IMG/VR virus record: IMGVR_UViG_3300020027_000005 | Location: 1-64,000 of that record | Origin: a virus | Length of the DNA: 64,000 nt | Direction: 5' to 3' (one strand) | Shown: positions 1 through 9,955 of the stretch, piece by piece | How the letters are laid out: each line of letters starts with the position of its first letter | How positions within the stretch are numbered: the stretch's first letter is position 1 | The notes under the pieces: generated by a model | Told to the model about the DNA's origin: nothing | The model's input: only the letters and a program-made list of their open reading frames with translations | Databases searched by the model: none | Made by a program: the position numbers and the translations under genes

Positions 1-3000
1 TACGGGGCGAACGCCCTCCCTTCCACCCTCGCTTTTGGAGCCACTGCTGCGGGCATGGCCGGTGGCTTCCTTTCTCTCGGAGGTGCGAGTCGAGGAATGC
101 GGGGACTCGGCACGGCGATGAACTTCCTCGATCCACTCTCCTTCCCGGTCGAGATGGGATTCAGAGGAGCTGGCATCGGATGGAATGCAGGCCAAGCTGC
201 CGGGGCTGCTCGTGGATTCGGGATGTTGGGTCAGGGGATGATGGGCGGACTCTACGGAGCCGGGTCCGCCGCTGCTTCTTTCGCACTCCCGGCTGCTGTT
301 GCGTATGGCGGCTACAAAGCCGCTCAATTCGCGACTTCGAATATGTGGCAGGGGGCCCAGAATCTGGCCATGGGCCAGGGCCTGGCCAATCAGATTGGCG
401 GGTACGTCTCTCCGCAGCAGAACATGGCCGGCCAGGGCGCAGGCATGGCGAACATGCTGCGGGAGGTGTCGTTCGACACGAAGGTGGACACCGAAGACCT
501 GGGTCGACTCGCGAAGGAGTTCACGGCCCAGAAGCTGTTCCAGACCACCCGAGACATGAAGGAGTTCAAAGAGAAGTTCGCTTCGACCATGAAGGCGGTG
601 AAGGAAATCGCCCAGATCACCCAGGGCACTATCGACGAAGCCGCGAAGATGTTCGGAGACCTGCGTCAGCAGGGTTTCTACCAGACTGCTGACATCAAGG
701 CCCAGGCCACTCTCATCTCGGCCCGAGCGGCTGCTTCCGGACTCTCGGAAGACACGATGATGGCGATCGGTGGTGCAGGTTCGCAGATGGCGAGAGGGAT
801 GGGGTACCGCGGGAAGACCGGGTCTGACCTCGCCACTCGAAACGCCCAGATGATGGCCACTGCAGTTCGGAGAGGAGGGGCGGCCTTTGAAGAGATGGTC
901 ATGGAGAACGGGGGCATCGAACAGGTCGCTCTTCAGCAGACCCAATCTCAAATGTCCTACCTTGGAAGTGCTCGAGGTCGAGCCACTATCGCGGCTCTCA
1001 TGGGGCAGGGAGGGGCTCCAGATCCGACCAAGCTTCGGAACTTCCTCGGCGGAGGAATGTCCCTCGAAAGTCTGGTCACCTCGGCCGCAGAAAGTGGAAT
1101 CGGAACTCTGACCCAGGCCGGGAGACGCGAGTCGAAAGAAGCGATGATGAAGTACGCCCCCATGGCCATGATCAGCATGGCGGCGTCTCAACAGCAGCAG
1201 CTCTTCGGCGAAGGGTCCGTGAATCAGGAGAGCATCGTCCGGATGCTCGGAACGATGGGTCAGAGTCGCGAACAAGCCGCGATGATGATGGCCTCGGTTC
1301 AGAACCTTCCCGAGCAGATTCGACAGGATCGAATCGGTCAGCAAAATGCAGCGAACCAATTGGCTGGCGACGCCCAGGCTCGACGTCAATCTGTTCGAGG
1401 GAAGCTGGACCGCCAACTCCGACCCTGGTCCGAAAGCTTTCAGGATGCGGGGGCGAGTGTCGTTCAGGATGTCTCGGGTGCGTACACCCGGACCATGGGG
1501 GCCTACTTCGGAGGCCGAGAGTACCGAGGTGGGGACGACGAACTCGTCAAGGAGGGGTTCGCTCGTCTTCGTGGTGGTGGAGCTGGTCCCGGGCGAAGTG
1601 GGTTCGCCACAGAGACTTGGTTCGGGAACAGCGCCGACCAGGACATCCGCGAGAACTACTACGGGTACGCACAGAATGCCGGCAGAGTCATGGGCGGGCG
1701 TAGCGGAACACTCGAGGATGCGATTTCTCGAGGAGAGGTTCAAGACGTGGGGCGCCAGGGCTGGCTCGGACGTCGGAAGTACGTGGATCGGGGAATTCTT
1801 GAAGGAGTTGCAAGAGCTCGACAGAGAGGTCTCGACGCTGAAGGATTCAGTGAAGGAGCTCAGTCCACTCTCGACATGCTCGGAGGAGACAACACTCTTT
1901 TCTCCCAGATGAAGGCAGCTCGAAGCGACAACGTCGGTTTCGGCTCTCAGGCCCGTCGGTCGATTCTCGGAATGGCGGACGCCTATGGAGTCGCAGGGGG
2001 CAGGTATCAGGAGTACCGGGCGGCCGAGCAGAACTCCGACACCTTCTTCCTGGCCAAGAAGGCTGGAATCCTCAGCGATGGAGCCACCTACGAGCAGTAC
2101 ATCAGCAATGAGCTTCGCCAGAAGGATGGCCAGGTCATCGACCAGAACGCCCGGGAAGCTCTGAAAGGGCAGATGGCGACCTGGGCGGGGAAGGTTGGAG
2201 GCTCGGTCGGTCAGGCGTTCCAAGATGTTCGGGCTGGCGGCACAGGGGCCATGGACATCGAGAACCTTCGAAAGAGCTCGGGAGCGAAGACCAACGAGTT
2301 CTTGATGAAGTTCGGGTCGAGGGGGATGTTCGGAGGAATGTCGGTCAAGGCGGCGGACCTCGGTGCGACTCTCGAGAGTGATGGGAAGGCCAGAAAGGCT
2401 TTCGTGACCTTCACGGACGCCATCTCGAAGCTCGACAAGAACGATCCGAAGTCCAAGAGAGACTTCGCCGCTGCGAAAGACAAGGCCGTGGAGGCTGTCG
2501 GCGGAGCAGACTCGAACCCAGGAAAAGAGATTCTCAACATGTACGCGCGGGCCATTAACGAGCCTGGCTACGCAGTCGACATGGGCTTCGAGACAAAAGG
2601 CCTGCGAGAGGAGTACCAGAATCGGGCGATGGGAGAGGCGCTCGTCGAGCACACGGCTGCGACCGAAAAAGTCGTGGAGGATATTGACGAAGGCCGTCTC
2701 CAGGCATCTGATCAGGTGAAAGACCTTCTCGGGAAGATGGTCAGCTCCACTCGAGCGGGTCGCGCTGATCAGCGAGTGAAGCAGGCAGACCGATTGCTCC
2801 TGGAGATGATGACCGATCAGTCGCCGGGAGGGGCCAAGATCGATGACTCCGAGCTCGAGGTTCTTCAGCGAGTCGGAATCGGTGGTGGTGGAGGAAAGGT
2901 CGGTCTGGCCCTCAATGCAGGTCTCGAAGGGAATGTCTCGAAGATCGAGAATCTTCTCGGAGAGAAGCTCACGGACGAGGAGAAGGCGGCAGTCGCTTCC

Positions 3001-3267
3001 AAGGATCCTCGCAAGATCTTGGAGATGATGACCAAGAGGGGTTCTGGTCTCGACGAGATGGGGGCTTCTACAGAAGGTGCCATCTCCAGGGAAGGGACTC
3101 AGCAGGACTACGTCGAGGCGAACACCAAGTTCATCACTGCCGTAGACTCCTTCATGTCGAAGTGGTCGGACACTCTCGGGCTCAAACCGTCCGAAGGGAA
3201 GACCTCAACTCCGGGAGCTTCGACTACTGAGGATAAAAAGCCAAACCTCTGGGGGCCGTTCAGATAA
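1..3267 (+). CDS. Tape-measure-like tail protein (5'-truncated)
   Basis: Frame is open from position 1 (first ATG at 55). Over 1070 aa, Gly/Ala/Met-rich and helical, with hydrophobic N-terminal stretches. Lies upstream of baseplate hub-like genes. Confidence 0.6.
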   Translation, partial: YGANALPSTLAFGATAAGMAGGFLSLGGASRGMRGLGTAMNFLDPLSFPVEMGFRGAGIGWNAGQAAGAARGFGMLGQGMMGGLYGAGSAAASFALPAAVAYGGYKAAQFATSNMWQGAQNLAMGQGLANQIGGYVSPQQNMAGQGAGMANMLREVSFDTKVDTEDLGRLAKEFTAQKLFQTTRDMKEFKEKFASTMKAVKEIAQITQGTIDEAAKMFGDLRQQGFYQTADIKAQATLISARAAASGLSEDTMMAIGGAGSQMARGMGYRGKTGSDLATRNAQMMATAVRRGGAAFEEMVMENGGIEQVALQQTQSQMSYLGSARGRATIAALMGQGGAPDPTKLRNFLGGGMSLESLVTSAAESGIGTLTQAGRRESKEAMMKYAPMAMISMAASQQQQLFGEGSVNQESIVRMLGTMGQSREQAAMMMASVQNLPEQIRQDRIGQQNAANQLAGDAQARRQSVRGKLDRQLRPWSESFQDAGASVVQDVSGAYTRTMGAYFGGREYRGGDDELVKEGFARLRGGGAGPGRSGFATETWFGNSADQDIRENYYGYAQNAGRVMGGRSGTLEDAISRGEVQDVGRQGWLGRRKYVDRGILEGVARARQRGLDAEGFSEGAQSTLDMLGGDNTLFSQMKAARSDNVGFGSQARRSILGMADAYGVAGGRYQEYRAAEQNSDTFFLAKKAGILSDGATYEQYISNELRQKDGQVIDQNAREALKGQMATWAGKVGGSVGQAFQDVRAGGTGAMDIENLRKSSGAKTNEFLMKFGSRGMFGGMSVKAADLGATLESDGKARKAFVTFTDAISKLDKNDPKSKRDFAAAKDKAVEAVGGADSNPGKEILNMYARAINEPGYAVDMGFETKGLREEYQNRAMGEALVEHTAATEKVVEDIDEGRLQASDQVKDLLGKMVSSTRAGRADQRVKQADRLLLEMMTDQSPGGAKIDDSELEVLQRVGIGGGGGKVGLALNAGLEGNVSKIENLLGEKLTDEEKAAVASKDPRKILEMMTKRGSGLDEMGASTEGAISREGTQQDYVEANTKFITAVDSFMSKWSDTLGLKPSEGKTSTPGASTTEDKKPNLWGPFR

Positions 3268-3270
3268 ATC

Positions 3271-3483
3271 ATGGCTCAATCTACAGAACAGGCAACTACG
3301 CGAATCATCACTCGAGACGGGGTGGTGACTGCCACGATGTTCGACAAGGTCAGCGTGGATCAGATCGCCATGGTGCTCTTCAAGGGCTCGGCCGCCTCTT
3401 TCTTCCGTGGCTCGACGGACGGAACTCGTCTGGTGAGCCGAAGCATCAAGGACTTGCTGGTCTTCCCGTTCTCGGAGCTCTGA
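3271..3483 (+). CDS. Hypothetical protein (70 aa)
   Basis: Fills the gap between neighbours; TGATG coupling to the next ORF. Confidence 0.65.
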   Translation: MAQSTEQATTRIITRDGVVTATMFDKVSVDQIAMVLFKGSAASFFRGSTDGTRLVSRSIKDLLVFPFSEL

Positions 3484-4562
3484 TGAGCATCATTCTTCTC
3501 GTCAAGGATCCGTTCGTGGAGGCCGAAGGTCGGTCCTTTACAGATCCGAAAGCCGAGCAATTCAACATCCGTCGACCCTTCTTCGGCATCTCGATCAAGG
3601 ATCCGAGGCATGCGTTTCTCTCCATCTACCAAGACGGAGGGAACGGGAACCTGGTCCCGATCAGCATGAAGGACAGCTCGGCGCCCGGAGGTTGGTCCAA
3701 CGCCAACCACAACTTCCTTCTGATGAACGTCACCGAGTCGAGGCAGGAGAAGGTCCAGATCATCGAAACCTTCGGGGACCACTTCGCCTTTTTCTACGGA
3801 GAAAAGCCGATCGTCCTTTCGGTTCAGGGAATTCTTCTGAACACCATGGACTTCAACTGGAAGAACGAGTGGTTCTACAACTACGAGAACTTCCTCCGTG
3901 GGACGAAGTGCGTCGAGAACCGGGCCCGTGTCTTTCTGGGCTACGACGACACGCTGGTCGAAGGCTACGTTCTCAACGGGCAGACGGCGAACAGTTCGGA
4001 GACTCCGTACTCGGTGCCCTTCTCGTTCTCGCTTCTGCTGGCGAAGCCTCCCCTCGACTTGTCCCCTGCAGCCGCAGATGAGATCCCCTCTGCTGGAGCG
4101 AACGAGTACGTCACCCAGGCTGAAGAGGCGAGGACCTACGTCGGGACGGCCTCTGGAGAGGTGGTCGAGTATATCGGCTCACTCAAAGGTCAGGACGGAA
4201 CAGAGGAGAATGCCCGTTACGCGGTGAATCCCCTGACCGGAGATTCTGAAATCGTGAGTCTCGGTGGACCTGGAGCGCCTGCTGGAGCTCCATGGCTTTC
4301 GGAAAGAGACCCGGCCGAAAACCAGTGGAAGACCGAAGACCAAGCCCTGGTCGCACTCTCGACGAACCTTCTCGCACAACAGGCTGGGACAGACGCAACT
4401 ACGGCCCGTCTCGCACAGAGGAGCAGTCCGAGTCCCCTCCTTACCAGGTCTGACGACTCCGAGGCACTCGGGTCAGTTCTGGGGGAAGGGACCTCCAGCG
4501 GTATGTTCGAGGGTCCTGACCCTACGAATTTCGAGGGCTTCATCAATTCCCTTTCAGAATGA
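3483..4562 (+). CDS. Putative tail tube initiator / baseplate-tube junction protein
   Basis: Beta-rich N-terminal domain (ESRQEKVQIIETFG..FFYGEKP..LSVQGILLN); position after the tape-measure-like gene. Function inferred from context. Confidence 0.45.
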   Translation: MSIILLVKDPFVEAEGRSFTDPKAEQFNIRRPFFGISIKDPRHAFLSIYQDGGNGNLVPISMKDSSAPGGWSNANHNFLLMNVTESRQEKVQIIETFGDHFAFFYGEKPIVLSVQGILLNTMDFNWKNEWFYNYENFLRGTKCVENRARVFLGYDDTLVEGYVLNGQTANSSETPYSVPFSFSLLLAKPPLDLSPAAADEIPSAGANEYVTQAEEARTYVGTASGEVVEYIGSLKGQDGTEENARYAVNPLTGDSEIVSLGGPGAPAGAPWLSERDPAENQWKTEDQALVALSTNLLAQQAGTDATTARLAQRSSPSPLLTRSDDSEALGSVLGEGTSSGMFEGPDPTNFEGFINSLSE

Positions 4563-4577
4563 CGTGGGAGACCTCGT

Positions 4578-6848
4578 ATGGCGATGATCGCGCACCGCTT
4601 GAACTTGCGGTGTCTCATCGACGGGATCGAAGTTCCCGTCATCGCAGCCAGGGCCACTTTCTCTGAAGGTGCTCCGGCCACGGCTGAAATCCAGCTGGTG
4701 GCGACGGACGAGGTCTACGACATCCTGCCTCGAGCGTTCGTGACGCTCTTTTTCTACGAGACCTATGACTTCGACCGGACCCCTTCGTCTTCTGTCGAGA
4801 TGCTCCGACTCCCGCCGAAGGACCTCCGTCGTTGGAAACTTCTGTTCTCTGGTGAGTACATCCAGATCTCGTTCCAGAAAGAGGCTGGTGGTCGGGCTTG
4901 CTCGATCGTGTGCGCCGACCTCACGAACTACTGGGACTTCATCAAGCAGTACTACATCAACTTCGCGAACGGAGGCATCGAGCTCTTCGAGAATGCCTTC
5001 CTTGGCGTGAAGAACGATCGCATCAAGAACTACGACGTGATCGGAAAGGACATGGCCTCGAACCTCTTCGTTTGGCTCACGAAGAGCAAGGGCCCGGACG
5101 GGAAGCCGAACATCTACCTCGGAGTCCAGCGAATCCTTCGAGAGATGTGGTTCGCCTCGAGCGATTTCTACGCAAAGGCGTTCAACAGAACTCGGGCAGG
5201 GGATCAGATTGTCGGAGTCCCCGGAGACCAGACAGCTGCGAAACTGTTCCAGCTGGAGTTCTTCAAGAAGTTCATCGAGAACCAGATCGGTGGCGGTGGA
5301 GACGAAGTCACAGCCAGAGGGATGGTTGAAGCGCTTCTCGGGAACGTCTTCCACACCTACGTTACCGTGCCCTGTCCCTTCTTCGACAGGACTGGGAAGG
5401 CTCGGGGATTCTCTCCGACTTCTGGCCAGGCCCAGGACGATGCCCTTCTCTCGGAGAACATCGACAGGAGCAACTCGTGGCCGGAATCGTCACTTAACTC
5501 TACCATCATCAAGCCCGACACGTGGTTCACGATGCCGCCAGCTTGCAACGTGGTTTTCCCGCACCAGTACACGAGTATTTCGTTTCAGCGGAACTTCCTG
5601 CAAGAGCCGACTCGGATGTTCTTGCGGACGAACTTGCTGTTCGGCGGGACGAACGACAAGTGGCTCACCGAGCGGTTCTACGCCCCGGACTTCGAGACCT
5701 TCAACCAGCAGCTCTACAAAGAGGGCGGCTACTACCGTCGGATGTCCTCGACCCTTCTGGAGCACGAAGAGTTCGTCGGCATCAATGCAGTTCAGGCCTG
5801 GACTTCGGACATGGGAGCCTACGCCCAGAAGGGGAAGCGTCGGGAGTACCTCGCCCGAGTGGCGGACTACCTGTTCTGGAAAATGAGGTTCGCCCCGCGG
5901 TCGGCGAACGTCTCTGGACCTTTCAACCCGAACATCGTTCCGGGGTACCCAGGTCTCGTCATCAACAATGTCTCCAGGCCGGGACAGGCGACGAAGCATT
6001 ACCTCGGGAACATCCAGACGGTCACCCATGTGATTTCCCAGGCCGAAGGCGGCTGGACGCATTTCACGATGGCGGGTGCCCACGTCCATGACGAGACGAT
6101 CGATTTCGACAAGAAGGGTCGGTCTCTAGAGGAGGTGGCGAATCGTGGAGCTGATGGCTTCATCGATGACCGGTACGATTCGACCAGGATTGGTCCCGAG
6201 GTCTACCAGACCCTTTTCGGGTGCGACAGCATCTTCGAGACCTACCTGACCACCGGAACGGGTGGAGATGATCCGCTCTCCCTCCGGCTGAGCGCTCTCC
6301 AAGCTGCAGGTGCGGGCGACACCATCCTCTCTGTGGAAGCGATTCACGGGCTGTACCAGACGGCGGTCCGGGAGAAGATGGACCTCAACGCCTTTTCGCA
6401 GTCCATCTCCTGGCGTCCGAAAGCCAACATGCTCGAGATGCTGGGAGTCCAGGTTCTTCAGGCTTCCGGAACAGGCGCTGTCGTGACGGACCTCATCGAC
6501 TTCAACAAGCTCAACGATGAGGATCCGGAACTGGTCGTCAATGACGGGTTCTTCGCCTCCTGCACAGATCCGGAAGCTTCAACGACTGTGGATGCGACTT
6601 TCGTGGCAGTGAAGTCGAGATCGGTCGGGGTCACGACGACGACTTCGATTCCGGAGATCTCGGAGAGTGTCGGAGACGCGGACGAAGAACGCATCATCCA
6701 GTCGGCCTCGACCGTGACCTCTACGACCTACAAGACGGTGACCGAGAAGTCGACTGGGAACTATGAGCTCGCTGCCCATCTCGAAGCCCGTCGGGCTAAG
6801 GTTCTGGCGTACACTGAGAGCCTCAAATACCGGGGTCTTCGGGGATGA
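4578..6848 (+). CDS. Putative baseplate hub protein (gp27/GpD-like)
   Basis: N-terminal IDGIEVPV...LFSGEY...CADL; late segment ANVSGPFNPNIVPGYPG...YLGNIQTVTHVIS...THFT resembles hub proteins; GGAG RBS. Confidence 0.55.
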   Translation: MAMIAHRLNLRCLIDGIEVPVIAARATFSEGAPATAEIQLVATDEVYDILPRAFVTLFFYETYDFDRTPSSSVEMLRLPPKDLRRWKLLFSGEYIQISFQKEAGGRACSIVCADLTNYWDFIKQYYINFANGGIELFENAFLGVKNDRIKNYDVIGKDMASNLFVWLTKSKGPDGKPNIYLGVQRILREMWFASSDFYAKAFNRTRAGDQIVGVPGDQTAAKLFQLEFFKKFIENQIGGGGDEVTARGMVEALLGNVFHTYVTVPCPFFDRTGKARGFSPTSGQAQDDALLSENIDRSNSWPESSLNSTIIKPDTWFTMPPACNVVFPHQYTSISFQRNFLQEPTRMFLRTNLLFGGTNDKWLTERFYAPDFETFNQQLYKEGGYYRRMSSTLLEHEEFVGINAVQAWTSDMGAYAQKGKRREYLARVADYLFWKMRFAPRSANVSGPFNPNIVPGYPGLVINNVSRPGQATKHYLGNIQTVTHVISQAEGGWTHFTMAGAHVHDETIDFDKKGRSLEEVANRGADGFIDDRYDSTRIGPEVYQTLFGCDSIFETYLTTGTGGDDPLSLRLSALQAAGAGDTILSVEAIHGLYQTAVREKMDLNAFSQSISWRPKANMLEMLGVQVLQASGTGAVVTDLIDFNKLNDEDPELVVNDGFFASCTDPEASTTVDATFVAVKSRSVGVTTTTSIPEISESVGDADEERIIQSASTVTSTTYKTVTEKSTGNYELAAHLEARRAKVLAYTESLKYRGLRG

Positions 6849-8614
6849 GCCGTTGGATGGAGAAGCTGTCTGCCTCGATCCCCGTTGGGGAGAGACAGAC
6901 AATTTCGCCTCCTCCAGACCTTCCGCATATTCGACAGTTGATTCGGGAACTGGCGAAAACTGCGGAGACTGGTGGGCACTGGAGAAAGCTCGATCCGGGA
7001 CAGGAGGGTCACGGCCAGGGCGGAAGTCAGGAGGTGGGCCGAACCTGGGTTCATCGGGACAACACGTTGCCCACGGCCGAGCTCAAGCCGCACCAGATGG
7101 ATTTTCAGAAAGCTGTCACAGACATGGAAGATACGGGCGGGATTATCGCTGCCCATGGAACCGGAACCGGGAAGACCTTCAGCGCCATCAATGCTTTCGA
7201 GAAGCTGAAGGGTCTGGGTAGGGCTGAACGGGCTCTCGTCATTACCCCTTCAGGGTTGCGAAACAACTTCCTGACCAAGGGCATTCAGAGGTTCACGACC
7301 TCGAAGGGTCAGATCATCTCTAGGCCTACCGAACTCTCTCCGGACACGGAGTACGCCATCGTCTCTTACGATGCGTACCGGAGGCGTCCGCAGGAGTTCA
7401 TCAAGGCCTTCAAGCCCGACACCATCATCGCTGATGAGGTTCATCGGGCCTCAAACCCAGATTCGAAGACCTTTCAGGCGATGCAAGAGGGGAGACGTGA
7501 AGTAGACCGCTTCATGGGTTTGACTGCTTCCATCACCCAGAACAAGCCGGATGAGATCGTCCCTCTACTGGAACTCACGACGGGAGGGAAATCGGACATC
7601 CCCTCCAAAAAAAGCTTCAGAAAACACCACATCTCCACGACCCAGAAGCCTGGAAAAGGCATCTTCGGAGGGAAGACTTACGAGGAGAACCTGATTCAGC
7701 GGGTCCTTCTGAAGTCCACGGTCGGAGCGAACATCCACTACGTCGAAGACTTGGATGCTTCCGAGAAGCCCCAGAAGATCGTCGAGTCGATCCAGGTTCC
7801 GATGTCCGGAGAGCAGATCGACCTTTATCGAATGTCGATGAAGGGGGTCGATCCTGTCATCGTGAAGAAGATCAAGGCTGGAGAACCTGTCTCACAGAAG
7901 CAGGCCATGGAGTTGTTCACCCGACTCCTGCGAGCTCGACAGGTCTCGAACAGCCTGAATTCCATCGACCCGTCAATGGCTCCGGAAGAAGCTGCTCGAC
8001 GGACTCCGAAGATCAAGCGCATTCTGGATGATGCGGTCGACCACATCGGGAACACGTCCGACGGCCAGGTCATCCTCTACACGAACCTGGTCCACGGCGG
8101 AGTGGACGTTCTCGCAGCCGGTCTAAAGGATCGAGGGATTCCATTCGGCGTCTTCGCCGGGAAGGGAGTCAAAGGGATGACCGAGGAAGTTCGGCAGGCA
8201 GCTGTCGAAGACTACCTTGCAGGCCGAAATCGGGCGATCATCATCACGGGGGCGGGGGCTGAAGGTTTGTCTCTCGGGAACACGACGATGGTCCAGCTCG
8301 TGGATGGCCATTACAATCCCGAGCGAATCGCACAGGCCGAGGCTCGCGGAATCCGTGCAGGTGGGCTTTCGCAGCGGCCTATCGAGGAACGGAAGGTTCA
8401 GGTCAAGAGGTACGTCTCTTCTCTTCCGAAGAGCTTCTGGCAGACCATCACTTTCCAGCCTCCAGAGAAGGGCGTGGAAGAGTGGGTCTACCTCACCGCC
8501 GAGCGGAAGAATCGGCTGAACAGACAGCTTCGTGATGTTCTCGCAGAGCGAACCGCTCACGAGAAGAAACAACGAGATTCCGTGTTGTACCGTACGTTCG
8601 GAGGCGGCCCATGA
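6845..8614 (+). CDS. SNF2/SWI2-like SF2 helicase/ATPase
   Basis: Walker A AHGTGTGKT, IIADEVH, motif III LTAS, AGAEGLSL, motif VI QAEARGIRAG. Confidence 0.9.
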   Translation: MSRWMEKLSASIPVGERQTISPPPDLPHIRQLIRELAKTAETGGHWRKLDPGQEGHGQGGSQEVGRTWVHRDNTLPTAELKPHQMDFQKAVTDMEDTGGIIAAHGTGTGKTFSAINAFEKLKGLGRAERALVITPSGLRNNFLTKGIQRFTTSKGQIISRPTELSPDTEYAIVSYDAYRRRPQEFIKAFKPDTIIADEVHRASNPDSKTFQAMQEGRREVDRFMGLTASITQNKPDEIVPLLELTTGGKSDIPSKKSFRKHHISTTQKPGKGIFGGKTYEENLIQRVLLKSTVGANIHYVEDLDASEKPQKIVESIQVPMSGEQIDLYRMSMKGVDPVIVKKIKAGEPVSQKQAMELFTRLLRARQVSNSLNSIDPSMAPEEAARRTPKIKRILDDAVDHIGNTSDGQVILYTNLVHGGVDVLAAGLKDRGIPFGVFAGKGVKGMTEEVRQAAVEDYLAGRNRAIIITGAGAEGLSLGNTTMVQLVDGHYNPERIAQAEARGIRAGGLSQRPIEERKVQVKRYVSSLPKSFWQTITFQPPEKGVEEWVYLTAERKNRLNRQLRDVLAERTAHEKKQRDSVLYRTFGGGP

Positions 8615-9231
8615 TCCCGTTCAAGTTCTTGAAGGCCGCCAATGTCTCCGTCGGAGGTCAGACCGTCGAAGCCCCGGGTTCCCAGAACATGCCGGGAGCT
8701 GGGTACAAGGTTCCGGCTGGAGGAGCTGATATTCCAGGAATGTCGATCCACTGCCTGTCCTGCGGGAAGAAGAACGAGAAGGGCGCTCTTCAGTGCAAGT
8801 ACTGCCACAACGACCTTTCTCGAATCGCTGAAGATCCGAAGAAGACCGAGGATGCGGAGTACCCGGACGGAGGGGCTCCAGGGGTCGAGGCGGCTCTTCA
8901 AGATACCAATCACGACATGGCGAAGTCCTCGGCCGTAGCAACGGAACTCGCGAAGCAGGTGATGGGAGGAGCCTCCGCACTGACGGCGAGTGTAGGAGCC
9001 TGGAAGATCGGGAAGGGAAGTCGTCAGGGTCTGAAAGAGGAGCGAAAGACCGAGGCCGAGAAGCTGGTCATGGAAGGAAAGCTCCCGGAGACCGAACTCA
9101 CGAAATACCAGCACCTGATCGAGAAAGTGGCTCGGTCTGGGAATCCGATTCACAACCTGAGGGCCGCCCTCAAGAAGTTGAGGAACTCCTCGGGCAAGTT
9201 CCGAGCGAGCATGGTTTTCGGCCCGAAGTAG
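8611..9231 (+). CDS. Hypothetical protein with zinc ribbon
   Basis: CLSCG-x9-CKYC; ATGA coupling to the helicase. Confidence 0.75.
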   Translation: MIPFKFLKAANVSVGGQTVEAPGSQNMPGAGYKVPAGGADIPGMSIHCLSCGKKNEKGALQCKYCHNDLSRIAEDPKKTEDAEYPDGGAPGVEAALQDTNHDMAKSSAVATELAKQVMGGASALTASVGAWKIGKGSRQGLKEERKTEAEKLVMEGKLPETELTKYQHLIEKVARSGNPIHNLRAALKKLRNSSGKFRASMVFGPK

Positions 9232-9253
9232 TGCTACTCTCGAACGGACAGTT

Positions 9254-9269
9254 CAGACCCTAGGGTCTG
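9254..9269. promoter_or_regulatory. Perfect 16-bp intergenic palindrome (candidate operator)
   Basis: CAGACCCTAGGGTCTG is its own reverse complement and lies in one of the few intergenic gaps. Confidence 0.4.
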
Positions 9270-9309
9270 TCGGACAGCACTTCTGCTGGTACCGCTGTCG
9301 GGAGTGAGC

Positions 9310-9942
9310 ATGTCGAGTCCGAAAGGTAAGGCGATCCTCCAAGGCATCACGGGCCACGTCGTTCTCGGCTGGTTCACCCGCGAGTTTCCTCGTCTCGTGA
9401 ACCAGATCATCTCTTCGTTCCAGCACCGGAACGAGGTCGTTTCGGGTGGTGTGGTCACTGCCGGGACCGTCACCGCTTCCGCTCTCGGCCTGTCCGTCAC
9501 TGCAGTCGGTCTGATTCTGAACGGTCGGATCAAGGCGGCTCTCGGAGCCCTCGCGAACGTCGACTTGTTCACCACGGCTGGGAACGTGGCACAGCCGATC
9601 TACACGAACGGTGCGACCGCAGCTGCCATCTCGCTGGCCACCGACGAGATCGCTCACGTGGCGATCATCGCCTGCAATTCCGGCCAGGACGGAACGGCAG
9701 TCGACACCGACAACGGAGCTCCGCTGTACTTGGCGGTCGTGAACGGCACTGCGTCGACCTTCGCCGCCCAGACCGGTCCTCCGACGAGTGTGCAGATCCA
9801 GGCGGCTCTCGAGGCTTCGACTTCGAAACACGCGGGTGTGACGGGCTGGGTCTGGCTCGCTTCCGTCGTGTGGGACGAGAACAGCGCCTCCCCGACGGGC
9901 GTGGTCACGCTGAATCGGAACAACGTCGTCCAGGCCCTCTGA
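9310..9942 (+). CDS. Putative virion structural protein
   Basis: Ala/Thr/Gly/Val-rich beta protein; GGGAG RBS; strongly biased codons. Confidence 0.6.
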   Translation: MSSPKGKAILQGITGHVVLGWFTREFPRLVNQIISSFQHRNEVVSGGVVTAGTVTASALGLSVTAVGLILNGRIKAALGALANVDLFTTAGNVAQPIYTNGATAAAISLATDEIAHVAIIACNSGQDGTAVDTDNGAPLYLAVVNGTASTFAAQTGPPTSVQIQAALEASTSKHAGVTGWVWLASVVWDENSASPTGVVTLNRNNVVQAL

Positions 9943-9955
9943 TTCGGAGGGCTAG

